Assembly (NCBI GenBank): GCA_051294375.1
Contig: CM119270.1
Location: forward strand, 20,854,417-20,918,416
Length of the DNA: 64,000 nucleotides
Reading direction: 5' to 3'
Origin: Paraspadella gotoi
Taxonomy: Eukaryota > Animalia > Chaetognatha
Numbering within the stretch: position 1 is the stretch's first letter; each line of letters starts with the position of its first letter. The notes under the pieces were generated by a model. The model was not told the origin of the DNA. It did not search any database and saw only the letters and a list, made by a program, of their open reading frames with translations. The translations under genes were made by a program, and so were the position numbers. This document shows positions 51,951 through 64,000 of this stretch, in pieces.

Positions 51951-54900
51951 TTGAAAGAGGGTAGACGAAGCATGTCAATTGTTTCAAGCCACGTGCAAGA
52001 GGAAAAGTTATTACTTATTTACATCATACATTCATTAGGTATTATTATATTAAAAACAAAAGATAACCAACCATATTGAAAAAAAAACTAACCATCAATT
52101 TTTTAATATCCAGAAAAATCCATTACTTGCTTAGATTTGAAATAAGAAAAAATAAAAAAAGGACAGAAATACATTCTACAAAACAAAAAAAATAATATAA
52201 ACTTTTTTTAATCTTTTATATTATTTATCTTGTCTAATGTTTTTTTCTCTCTTCAAATATCGAATCGATAAGTTTTAGTTTTCGACGAAAACAAAATACG
52301 AGCCGAAGCAATTAGACCCCAACTCATCATTCTAAAATGAGAAAAAAATCTGAAAAAAAAAAAAAAATGGGAGGGAGAAAACTATCTTGTTTAAGAATTC
52401 AAGGCACGACCATTTCATCTTAAAAATTTAAAATAAGTAATTAAGTTATACGATTAAGTTTACAGGCTTAAAATAGGGTAGTGATCAGGGTTAGGAAGTC
52501 GTGGTTAGAGATAAATTTCGTGATAAAAGGATAGATTCAAGATTATCTTAAGGTTAAAACTTGAGGGTGAGATATTCGAAATAGGTTTTGGTTATAGCAA
52601 TGCTTAAATATTAAGATTAAAATTAATTTAGCATAAAATATGTAAATATAAATTTAAAATAAGTTAGGATTAAGATAAAATGGGGGGCATTTTGGAAAAC
52701 AGAACTTTATTTCTACATCGAAAAAAGCATTAAAATGAGGAATGAAAAATAAGATATGACTCTGAGAAAAAAAAAGATGAATGAGAAAATAAAAACAAAA
52801 TGCGATTAAAGGAGGCGGATATGATATTTCTTATTTTCGTATTGAAATATGTACATAAATCATAAACTCGTGTTTTACTGTTTCCGAGAAGCTTCAGAGC
52901 TGCGTTTGTATTATTGCTTGTTTGATTGCTTAATATATTTTTTGAATTTTGTATTTGTATTTTATTATTTCGCCATTCTTCTCAAAAAAGCAAAGAATAA
53001 TAATTTCAAAAATCATACTAGAAAATCAAAATTATAGCGAACGCAAAAAAACAACAACAACAAAATCTTTCGCTATTCCCAATCAGATAATTCGCCTTCG
53101 CTCTTCGCGTCGCCATCATAATAAAAGACAACAACGAACTAACAACAAACAACCGGACAACGACGACAACAATCACTTCCCCGTCGATCGCTTAATACGC
53201 CGAACGAACTTCAGGATAAAAAATCCTTCCGGCCAGGAAAATCCGTTATAAACTGGGGAAGGAAGGAAGAGAGCAGGAGGAGGACGAGGAGGAGTGAGGA
53301 GGAAGATTAAGATCCGTCCAGCTCCTCCCACTTACATCTGTATAAACGAAATGTTAAATGGAGACTCGACGGCCCTCCAAAGACCACAGTGACCTTATTT
53401 CCCTCACTTTTCACCGTCAAATCTGATGTGAAGGTGAAGGTGTTTCCGTCTGAAAAAGCGCCTTCAAGTGCCAAATCGCGAACTCACGAGAAAAAACCAA
53501 AAGGTTGTGAATCGATGACACGAGATCCAAGAATCGTACGGATCATATAATTAAAAACAGCTCTTGAAATTTAGAAACCACTTCAATTGATAGGAAAACC
53601 AGGGAAACTCTTGAGTGAATAAAACGCAGACTGTGCATTGGATAGAAAGCGTGCATTACTGCATTAAGTCCTGCTATTATTATTATCTCGCTAAGAGTGA
53701 CGCAGGCCCTTAATTCACCAAAGTCTTCCAAAGTTTAAGGCCAAGATTCATTGAATGGAATAATATTATACTATGATATGGGTTATTTTATCAAGGGCCA
53801 AGATTCATTGATCATGAATGGATTATTTTTTTACAATTCTGAATCAAATTTATACAGTCAGTAACATTCTAGTGAATGAAATATGATTATAAATTCATTT
53901 AGCATTAAACACACTACTAAAAATGGTACTACTTTTCTGTTTAATAAACAAGACTTTGTAATAATACTCAAAATTAAAAACGGCTGACATTCTTCGTAAA
54001 CCTTACTTCATTAAATTATGCCGAAACAAATTTCTCTATTTCTTACTACTTCCAGTTCGAGGAAGCGGCCACCAAGTTGACTTTCAGATACGACCGTTGA
54101 GTTTCTATGCAACAGTAGCTCATTAACCTCTTCCCTACCTATTTTCTCGACGCAAAGAATCATTAGAAAGCAAAGAATCAGAAAAAAAAAGCCAAAGACT
54201 AGAATCGTTCCGAGATCGAGACTGATAAATGGAATAAGCTCACCGAGTCAAAATAGATCCAGTAGAAAAAAAAACAAGGCAACGACTGTTAATTGATTGA
54301 ACGCAGAAAGAGTAGACTGGAGCATAAATGCAGTAGCTCAGGAACAATCATGTTTGTAAACTGATTTGAACCAAAATAAAATATTAACGAGTGTAAAATG
54401 AAGTAGACGAGAGGAAAGTGTTATCCCAATAGTAGCTATAGCAATTAAAAATAATGTAATAGGTAACGAGCGCTCCAGAATTCTATCACTTTATCCACAT
54501 TGAATCTTACTTACATATTTTATTTAGGCACTATTAATATATTGACTTTATTAAAATATTTGATTTATCATTGAATGAAAGTAAAATATGGTTAATAATT
54601 GAATATTAAAAATTATTTATTAGTAGCATAATTGATATGCTGCTGGGACTCAATAAAACAGAGGTCCAATAAATATTGTAATAAAATCTTCTTACTAATC
54701 TGCTATATTTAGCATATTAAAAATAAATTGAGTCGTATTAAGTTACTCGGCATATCGAATTTTTACAATTTACCTAATCAGTGTACTTCTAGATACCGAG
54801 AAAACCGAGTGGAGAAATTCTTGAAACTTAATCTATGAATATTAAATGTGATTGTAAAAAATTGAATAAAAAAAAAAAGTCGCTCAAAAATTAAAAAAAT

Positions 54901-55238
54901 CAAGATAATCAATAAGAGAAAAGGATATAGGACCTCGTAAATTATAATATTAAACATAGTTGATTGCATTCAAAAAAAAAATTTAAACACAGAAAGATAG
55001 TTGTGCAACAGAGGTTTCTTAACAGTAAACAAACAATAAATGATTCTCGGAAATCAAGACTGCTAAAACGAGAACTCAAAGTCAGAAGAGGAAATAATTA
55101 ATCTTGGCTGCAAAAGTATAACTACTAAGAGGAGAAAACGAGGAAGTGGTAAGGGGTGATACCAAATTGTAAAGTGGAGCCGAGAGAGAGAGAAGGTGAG
55201 AGAGCATCGCACGACGGAGAGATCAAGAGACAGAGTGA

Positions 55239-55272
<34 letters not shown>

Positions 55273-56535
55273 GAAGAGAGAAAAGAGACGAGAGAAGGTG
55301 GGTTAATGGAGCAGAAAGCAAGGTAGGGAAAATTAAGCTTGAACGACAAGGGCCAACGTCAAAGGAATTGAATAAATCCAGGAACAGAGACAAAAGAAAA
55401 AAAGAATGAAAAGGGAAGGAAAGAACTTAAAAAGACATGAGAAAAAACTAGACGAGAGAACGAAGAGGAGAGGAGAGAGTAGAGCTAGAGAGAGAAGAGA
55501 GAGAGAAGAGTAGAGAGATCGACGAGAGAGAGAGAAGAGAAAACAATTGAAGGTAGTATACAGAGAGGCGTCGGGAAGCGTGAACTGGCGGAAAGCAGAG
55601 CGAGGCGAGACCCGCTAACATGCAGCGACAACAATAACAACACATAGCGACGACGACAACAACAAAAAATGAATGAACTGAACAGGAAGAAGTTTCGCGC
55701 TAACCGACAAACGAGTTAAAGTCGAAATTCAAAGTTACAACATCGGAGTTCTTCCAACGCTCAAGGATACAACATCAACAAGCTAGCGATACATTAAAGA
55801 TTATCAACATCCTCATAAGCGTTTTCAGTCAAAGTTCTTTAGTAGATAATTTGAATAATTTTTTGCAAATGAAATTGTTTGCCATCAATCTGCATTTGCT
55901 ATTGTCGTTGTTCCAGATTAGGTTTGCTACAATTTATTGTAGTATTGACGTTTGAAAGTTATATTATTGATTTTTTGCTATAACAAATGATAATGTAAGC
56001 CACCTGTTATACTTAAATATTCTTACACACATCAAAGCATGCTACACCAGCTTAATTATCAAAGCTACAACATTATTTTCAAATTAGTCAAACTCATCGG
56101 TTAAGAAAGCGACGACGCCATGAAATTATATTCTCCATAAAGAATAACAAAATGAAAAATTTAAAGAATAAAAATAACATATCCATTTAAAACAAAACTT
56201 TTCGTTTTGGTTCATTTTTTTCACCAGAACTTAAAATCTCAATTACGATACAAGTTGTGATACACAAGCAACACAACAATGTTCCAAAGCTGTATTCCAA
56301 TTGTCTTTATTTCTTCTACTTCTCTCATTTATGTACTTTTTGTTTTTGTTCTTATTTTTTTTCCATTTCAGCTTTTAAATGATTTTAATTTTCTCACCAC
56401 AGAGGAGAGAGACAGAAGCTACAGTGAACCGGTCATCGAATGACTTATCTGACCTTCTCCTCTCTCTCTCACTCTCTCTTCTCTCTCTCTCTCTCTCTCT
56501 CTGCTCTCTCTCCTTCTCTCTCTCTCTCTCTCTCG

Positions 56536-56567
<32 letters not shown>

Positions 56568-57184
56568 GTCGACTGGCCACGCCAAAACTTCCCAGAATTT
56601 TTTTGCTCATTCAAAAGCGGATTTTTTATTTTTTGCTTCTTTCTTTTTTTTACTTTTTTTTATATTTCGTAACTTATCTTTCGTCTCTTATCTTCTCCTT
56701 CTTCTCTTTTTCTTCACTGTTCATTCTCTTTTTTCTCTCCTCTTTCTTCTTTCTTCTTTTTTCATCTGTTTTCTTTTCTTCTTCTCTTTCTTCCTATTGA
56801 AATCTTTCGCCACCACTATCGTGTCGAATCCGAATTGATCCAAATCTCACGAGAAAAGAAACAAAAAAGAAAAAAAATGAACAAAAATTCAAACACAAAG
56901 AAGCTCCGGTGTATTATGAAGGAACACATGAAGACAGAGAGAGAGGACGAGACAGATACGAGAAAGGAGAGGAAACGAGGCGACGCAGGATAGAGAGAGA
57001 TGAAGACGAGAGAGGACGAGACGAGAGAAGAGAGACAGAGAGAGAGAGAGAGGGAGGGAAGGAGAGAGGCACGAGTAGGAGGGCGAGAGGAGAGAAGAGA
57101 AAGAAGAGACGAGACTAGACTAGAGAGAGGAAAGAGACTAGACGAGAGAGAGGAGAAGAAGAGATAGGAGAGCAAAGCCGAGCA

Positions 57185-57979
57185 AGACGCTCAGCACATC
57201 TCATCTATCTCGCCTGAAGGAAAAAGCCTCACAGGTTTTGACATCAAATTTAATGTGTTTCAAGCCTTTCTTTTCACTATTTTTTTCTCTTCTTCTTTGT
57301 CTTTATCACTTCTCTCTTACTACTCTCTATCCTGACCTTTAAACATCTTCTGTGGCTTTAGAGCGGAACGTAGTGTCTCGCATTTTTCTTCTTTCCTTTC
57401 TATTCTTTTCTTTCTATTCCTTTTCATTTCCTCCCTCTGGGCACAAAGAGAAGATAAGTCCCAGCGGCAGGATTTCCCTCTCTACTCTCTCACTCTCTCA
57501 CTCTCTCTCTTTTCTCTTCTCCTCTCGTCTCTCACTTTCTCTCTCGACATCTCTCACCTTCTCGTCATCTCTCTCTCATCTCTTTTCCCTTTTCAGGGGT
57601 AAAAGAAAAATAAACAAGGATTTTATAAAATCAGTTCATCCTTAACTTTCTCTCGCCCCCCTCTCACAATATTCTAAACTGTTCAACTAACTTTGGCATC
57701 AAACCTGATTTGACCCTTTAATGGCACACCCCATTTTCCCCATTCCTCCCCCTTTCCGCCCACCCCCTCCCCCCAATCCTTTCCCCCTTCCCACCCCCTT
57801 CCCCGTTCATTCCCCTCACTCCTCTTCCGCCGTTAACCGCTCAACCTGAAGGCCGATTTCTGCTTTCCTCTGCCTTATAGGCACGACTCGGTCCTTCGGA
57901 GCCAAAAAGGCTCAAGATGTGTCCGATAGGTTCGCCCCTTTCCCAATCTGCCTAACTATTCCGACTTTCGGCTTTCTCA

Positions 57980-58013
<34 letters not shown>
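57185..58013. repeat. Noisy direct copy of 33585-34400
   Basis: CAGCACAT.TCATCT...CCTGAAGGAAAAGCCTC and following sequence are colinear. Confidence 0.85.
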
Positions 58014-58872
58014 NNNNNNNNNNNNNNNNNNNNNNNNNCTGATGATGATTATGATGACAACGAGGATTAGCACCATCATGATTTAATTGAATGAATATTG
58101 ATCAAATAAATAAATCATTATCAGGCTGTTAATTTTGTAGCGTCTTTTTGTCATGTCACTGAGACCAGGACAAAAAGCAACAACGACGTGGAGATGACAA
58201 TGAATAAAACACTGACATTGCTTTAATTGATTGATTAATTGATTGATTATTAATTAATTAATTAGTTCTTTAATAATTTATTTGATTAAATAAATTTATA
58301 ATTGTTGGATTGATAAATTATGGATTATTTAATTAATTGATAAAATTGATTCATTTAATTTTTAAGTGATTTTGATTGATTAGTTGTTTAGTTGATTGAT
58401 TGATTGATTAATTAATTGAGATCAATTGAATTAATTAATGCCAGCTTGTATATATTGTATTTATTATAAAAAAGAAAAGCGCAAATACGGAAAAAGGTTT
58501 GTTGTTTTTTTCATTTAAACTTCATTTCCACTCGACGATTATTACAATCTTACATCTTACAATTTTCATAGGTAAATTTCACTTGTTATTATTAACAAAA
58601 GATTGTTTAAAATTATACTATTCTACCAATAATTACATGTCTAAAGAGAGTATTTTATAAATAAAATAAGACAAATTATAACATTTCTAAAAGAAGGAAG
58701 CATGCTTGCACTCGAAACCCGAAAAGCGATCCTCCGGGCTAAAATAAGTAAATTGCACGAAAAACGTAGCGTGAGGGGTCTTGGAGCGCCGGATTGGCAG
58801 CGGCGGAAAAAAAATGGATCGCTTCCACATCTCTGGTGAGACATTGAAACGACAAACGTGTAAGAGAGAGTT

Positions 58873-59040
58873 TGTGGATAAGCGCTAGGTGGGCTGAGAG
58901 TGCAATCCGTAACTTTCTTTAACCCCTCTAGCAGCCATGGACACGAGGTGCTTGGCTTTGGAACCAGGCTGAGAGTTTTTCTACGGCGGTTACGGTCGCT
59001 CCTCACGCTTCCAGCAGGTAGGTACACGGTACACGGTACC
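58873..59040 (-). mobile_element. Second, head-truncated copy of the candidate SINE
   Basis: Colinear similarity to 25683-25835. Confidence 0.45.
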
Positions 59041-60672
59041 TAATGGCCCAAATATTTGCAATACCCGTACTACAGTACACGGAAATCCATCGGAAATGCA
59101 TTTGAAAAACTAGAAGGCACAAATATCAGGCGTCATAATTATTAAATTTTGTAATCATTAACATTATTTCATGTAGCCTGCGACCAAAGCATTGTTGCTT
59201 ACAGTAAGTCCGTTGTGAAATAAGTCCTGGGTCCTTGAAAAGATGATCCCCTAAATTTGTAGGCGGCAAAGTTTCCAGATCTCAAGCATGCGAGACAAAA
59301 ATATGCAATATGCCTTCCCTAGTGTCCAGTCAAAAGACTCAGGCGGTGACCGAGATGAGGTGTTGCTCTGCCCGGTAACTGCGTTCTGCTTTGGGTGATA
59401 TTACGAGCCAAAAGTTAGGTCTTTCTCCCTATCTTTGGTTTTTTTCTAATTCGACCTTCAATGTGCAACATTACTCTCGCAAATTAATAATTCTTGTTAA
59501 GACTTGAGCAATTGTTCGAACTCGGGTGTGTCCGTTAGTCAGATCTATTCAGATATTCAGTTGAATCTGACGGAGAACAAATCGAATCCATTTCTCTCCT
59601 CAAAAGTCGCAATCAACGCGAATCTCTACCAGAACAAAACTGTCAAATCGGGAGAAATAAAAACAAACTTACTCTAATGCGGCCCGGACCTGGTCGAGCA
59701 TAGTCGAGTGATAACCCCCCACCTTCGTTGAGACGTACAGAAAAGTTTATTTAAACTTGGCAATAAATTGGTTAATATATTTATAAATAAAGAATCGAGG
59801 TAGTTTAGAGTATTTTGATTAACTAATTAATTCGAAAATATGATTATATTTAATTATAAATAATTTTAAATCTCAATTTCTTTGAAAAACAAATAATTAT
59901 AAAGGACAATAAAAAAATGCTTAAACCCCATTCTATACATTTATTTTTAATTTTGCATAAAATTTTCTTATAAAATTGTATTAATGATAATTTATTGTTA
60001 TTGTATTTGTATCACCCACTACTGAAAACCTTTTCCCGCCTCTTTTATCTTGGGGTGTGGCTCACCAAACATCGAGAAGAGAAAAAGAAAAGAGAATTTT
60101 TCCCAACTCCCCCACCCGCCTCCTTCTTTACGCCCCAACCAACTCCACTCCTTTAAGTCGCCTCATCCTGTTTCTTTTTCTCCCGTTTTCTGTTTCTTCC
60201 TGTTTCTGTATTTTCCTGTTTCTCTTTCTTCCTATTCGTATTTTTATTTCTGTTTCTTTTTCTGTTTCTTTTTGTTTATTTTTTTTGCCTGGTTCTCTTT
60301 GTTTCTTTATTTTTCTGTATTTTGCTGTTTCTTTATTTTCCTGTTTCTGTTTCTCCTGTTTCTGTATTTTGATGTTTTTGTTTCTTCCGATTTCTATATC
60401 TGGCTGTTTCTGTTTCTTGCTGTTTTTGTTTCTTCCTGTTTCTCTCTCCCTCTGTTTCTGTTTCTCCCTGTTTCTTTTTTTTTCTTTTTCCTCTACAAAA
60501 AAAAAACCTATAAAAATCCCTAAAAGAGTTTTTTTTCTCTCCCAACTGTTTCCCTTCTTTTTTTATTTCTCTTTTTTTCTGCGCCATTTCGTGTCCCGAG
60601 AAAATTCGTCTCAAACTGATTTCACTTTTTTGAGGGGAAAAAAAGGAGGGAAAAGGAGGATGGCGGGAAGAA

Positions 60673-60880
<208 letters not shown>

Positions 60881-61570
60881 GAACATTCAAAATCAGACAA
60901 GTATGAAAGTGGGAAATTGATTCGGAAAAATCGCGTCGCAGTTTCGAATATCGCGATGCTTGCTCTGGCCCCGCGCTGCTTGCTCTGGCCCCGCGCTGCT
61001 TGTCCTTTGCTAAGCTTGCTAAATCAACGCTTTAAGTAAGACGGAAAACGCAGCTGGCGCTGAATATGCAAAAAGTCGAGACCATGTGAAATTTTCTCTT
61101 GGAATATGCAATAAAATATGCGATAGCATATTGCATGTCTGATGTAGAAGTAGATTTTAGTCTAGAAAAAAAAATATTGCGTACAATAATGTTATTGTAT
61201 TAGCTAATTTATTCCAGTAATTATTCGAATTAGTTCTGATTAAATGTTAGATGTTGATGTTAGTTATTTAGAATTTCTATTAATAGATTTAAAACAAAGT
61301 TGTAGTCTTCAAATGACGACTGAGCGTTAAGAGTTACGATCGTCGCCAAATCTCTGCGATTAATGTAATAAATTAAAATTTATTTCCCCAATAAATTCTA
61401 AAAATTTTTGGGGAGAAAAATCGGGAATTCAAACGAAGAGAAAAAGCAAAAAGGAAATTCAGTTGGCGGTTGAGCTGGTGAAATGAAAAGTTGTAATGAT
61501 GAAAAAGGAAAGTATTTAATATTACTAATTCACAATTTATTCGATGAATTTTATGGTAAATGTAATATTT

Positions 61571-61626
<56 letters not shown>

Positions 61627-62473
61627 ACCTGAGGGAGGGAGAGAAAAATCCTCCAACAAAAAAACGAATTTTAGGATTAAAGAAATTCGCTTTCTTTTTT
61701 TTCAAAGGAACTTTCAAAATAAACTTTATCTGCACCCACTAGATCTTAACTTGCACCTGCTCTTCTACAAAATAGTATTGATATTTTTTAACAAGTATCT
61801 TTTCTTTATTTATTTTATTCTATTTCTTATTCTATGTCTTCATATAATAAAAGCATTTTAATCATTTATCATTTATCGAAAAACAAAATAAAATTGTTTT
61901 GATTTATAAAATACAGTTGCAAGTATCAAATGTTATTAGTGACGCAGTAACAGTTCAGTTTAAGCTCTTGGGAGTGATTTACATGTATTGGCGCAGTCAC
62001 TGGTTTATTTATTTGTCGTCTCACAATTTTTAAGCATTATTTTAAAAAATGAATTTGGTACAACCAATATAAAAATTATAAAATTAAATTAAATTAAATT
62101 TTGCATAAAATTATATTTAACATAATGGAGAAACAAGTAATAATATTAATATCATAACGTAATAACTTATTCAGTTCGATAATTGATAAAACTCGCGGAT
62201 CCGATTCCATTTTTGGTTCTGATTCCATTTGCGATGATAACATAAAAAGAAAGAAAAGGCAGGGATCACCTGTCTCGCCCTGATGCGGGGGGGGGGGAAT
62301 TCCTAATTCTAGTGAGGTTGTACTACGTAGTCCATTCTTGCTCTGACAGAAAAGAGGGAAGCCAGAAATGGGATTGTGCGTTCCTCCGCTAAGCCATTGC
62401 GCTACAGATTATTGCGACAACTATAATATTTCAAATAGATAAATAATAAAAGAAAAAAGACTCAACCAGGGAT

Positions 62474-62562
<89 letters not shown>

Positions 62563-63699
62563 CCCCTCGGAAAAAAAGCTCTCCTTCTGGCGCCCACATC
62601 AACATGATAAATGTCGACGCTACGAAAAAAAAAAAGATGAGAGGATGAATTCGGAAGGAAAAAGATAAACGGAAGGGCGAGCATGGTCTGTTATGGCGGG
62701 GGGAAGGTGTGGGTCATAGGGCGAATAGAAGGGGTTCAGTGGATGTAGAAAGGTACCGTGGGGATTGGGGTACCTGGAATGCTGGTCTGTTGTAGGGTCG
62801 CAGGAAGGAAAGGTATGAGTATTCTTGAGCATTCGCCCAGGTGGACTGATCTGATGAACACCTGAGCTTCTGAGCATCGTTTTATTTTTGAGTTTCAGTT
62901 TATCTTTCCTTGGTTCTCATACTAATGTTCCCCCCCCGGTTTAAAGTTCCATCTTTGGAGCATCCTAGTATCTCTCCAGTATCAAGAGATCTGAATCCGC
63001 AGTATCGCGGCATCTTTCCCTCAGTTCCGCTACCGTTCGCCCTTCTTCAACACCCAGCCTCCCTTCTTCACGATCTTTCACCAAATCTCACCGAATCTGT
63101 TTCTCTTTTTATTCATAAATCTTTTTTCCTGCCGCTGCCGACGCCCGCCGACACTTGCCGACTCTTTCCGACACCGCCCCTTCGACCCTGCCCGCCATTT
63201 CCTGTTTGCCCACCTGATTTCTTTCGCTCCATTTTCTCTGACGCTCGACGTCAAAACAGAAGTGAAACCTGGGAAGCGATAAAACCTCAAAAGAGAGAGA
63301 GATTGAATAAACGGGTCTGAATGCGGAATATGAATACAATACAATTCGAATTCTATATACAATCGTGAGTCTAATATTTAATCGGAATCTCATGCTGAAT
63401 ATAAATATCTTTTTGTTTCCTTAATACGATTTATGCATGACAAAATAGATAGAAAATGAAATACCTAGCTTGAGCGGGCGATAATGATTGCAATACCTCA
63501 ATTTCAATAATTAAAAAAAAAAAACCAATCGGGGAGAAAGAAATCTAATCGGGAAAAACTCGACATCTCGTTAAAAAAAAAAAATTGCGTCTAATTACTA
63601 TGGCCAGATCTAATTAGAAGTGAGGCCAGACATCGATGCAAAATGGCCACTTTTTCGATTAAAAAACAGAAAAAACCTCTTGGCCACTGAGCAATAGCT

Positions 63700-64000
63700 T
63701 GGTTGGATTGGAACCGACTTTGCTTGTCAGATCTGCTTGGATTTGATTGGAACCGACTTTGCTTGGCAGATCTGCTTGATTGAAACCGACTTTGCTTGGT
63801 AGATTTGCTTAATTGGAACCAACTTTTCTTGGTAGATCTGCTTAATTGGAACCGATTTTCCTTGGTAGTTCTGCTTGATTGGAACCGACTTTTCTTGGTA
63901 GATCTGCTTGATTTGAACCGACTTTGCTTGGTATATTTGCTTGATTTGAACCGACTTCGCTTGGTAGATCTGCTTGATTGGAACAAACTTTGCTTGGCAG
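63700..64000. repeat. 33-bp minisatellite TTGGTAGATCTGCTTGATTGGAACCGACTTTGC, about 9 copies, running off the window end
   Basis: Directly visible; open on the minus strand as (QSRFQSSRSTK)n. Confidence 0.9.

Larger units (their letters stand above)
34515..56905. repeat. Giant inverted duplication: arms ~34515-45723 and ~46339-56905, spacer ~0.6 kb
   Basis: Mirror symmetry, e.g. identical 113-aa ORFs 41825-42166(-) and 49900-50241(+); outer parts are noisy. Confidence 0.95.

Overview
AT-rich, microsatellite-laden ((GA)n, (GTC)n, (GAAA)n) animal (invertebrate-type) genomic scaffold with N gaps; almost all ORFs in the track are low-complexity artefacts. One gene is clearly recognisable: five phase-consistent GT-AG exons (11755-15320, +) encoding ~231 aa of the membrane-proximal ectodomain of calsyntenin (CLSTN). 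Its third visible intron holds a 167-bp insertion flanked by an 11-bp direct repeat and carrying a minimal type I hammerhead ribozyme plus AATAAA in the sense orientation (Penelope pLTR/retrozyme-like), the most notable element here. Also present: a signal-peptide-encoding first exon (22062-22334, +), a convergent acidic terminal exon with a hydrophobic tail (23147-23560, -), a few weaker exon candidates, a pearl/DINE-1-like non-autonomous Helentron, a ~182-bp hairpin satellite, an inverted-repeat-bounded element carrying 63-bp core + (GTC)n arrays, a tRNA-derived SINE candidate and a 33-bp frame-preserving minisatellite. More than half of the window is duplicated (inverted 1-2050/3056-5098, inverted 2051-2980/11107-11990, direct 16360-23590/26165-33490, giant inverted 34515-45723/46339-56905), often with one indel-rich copy, which points mainly to amplification or long-read gap-filling artefacts.
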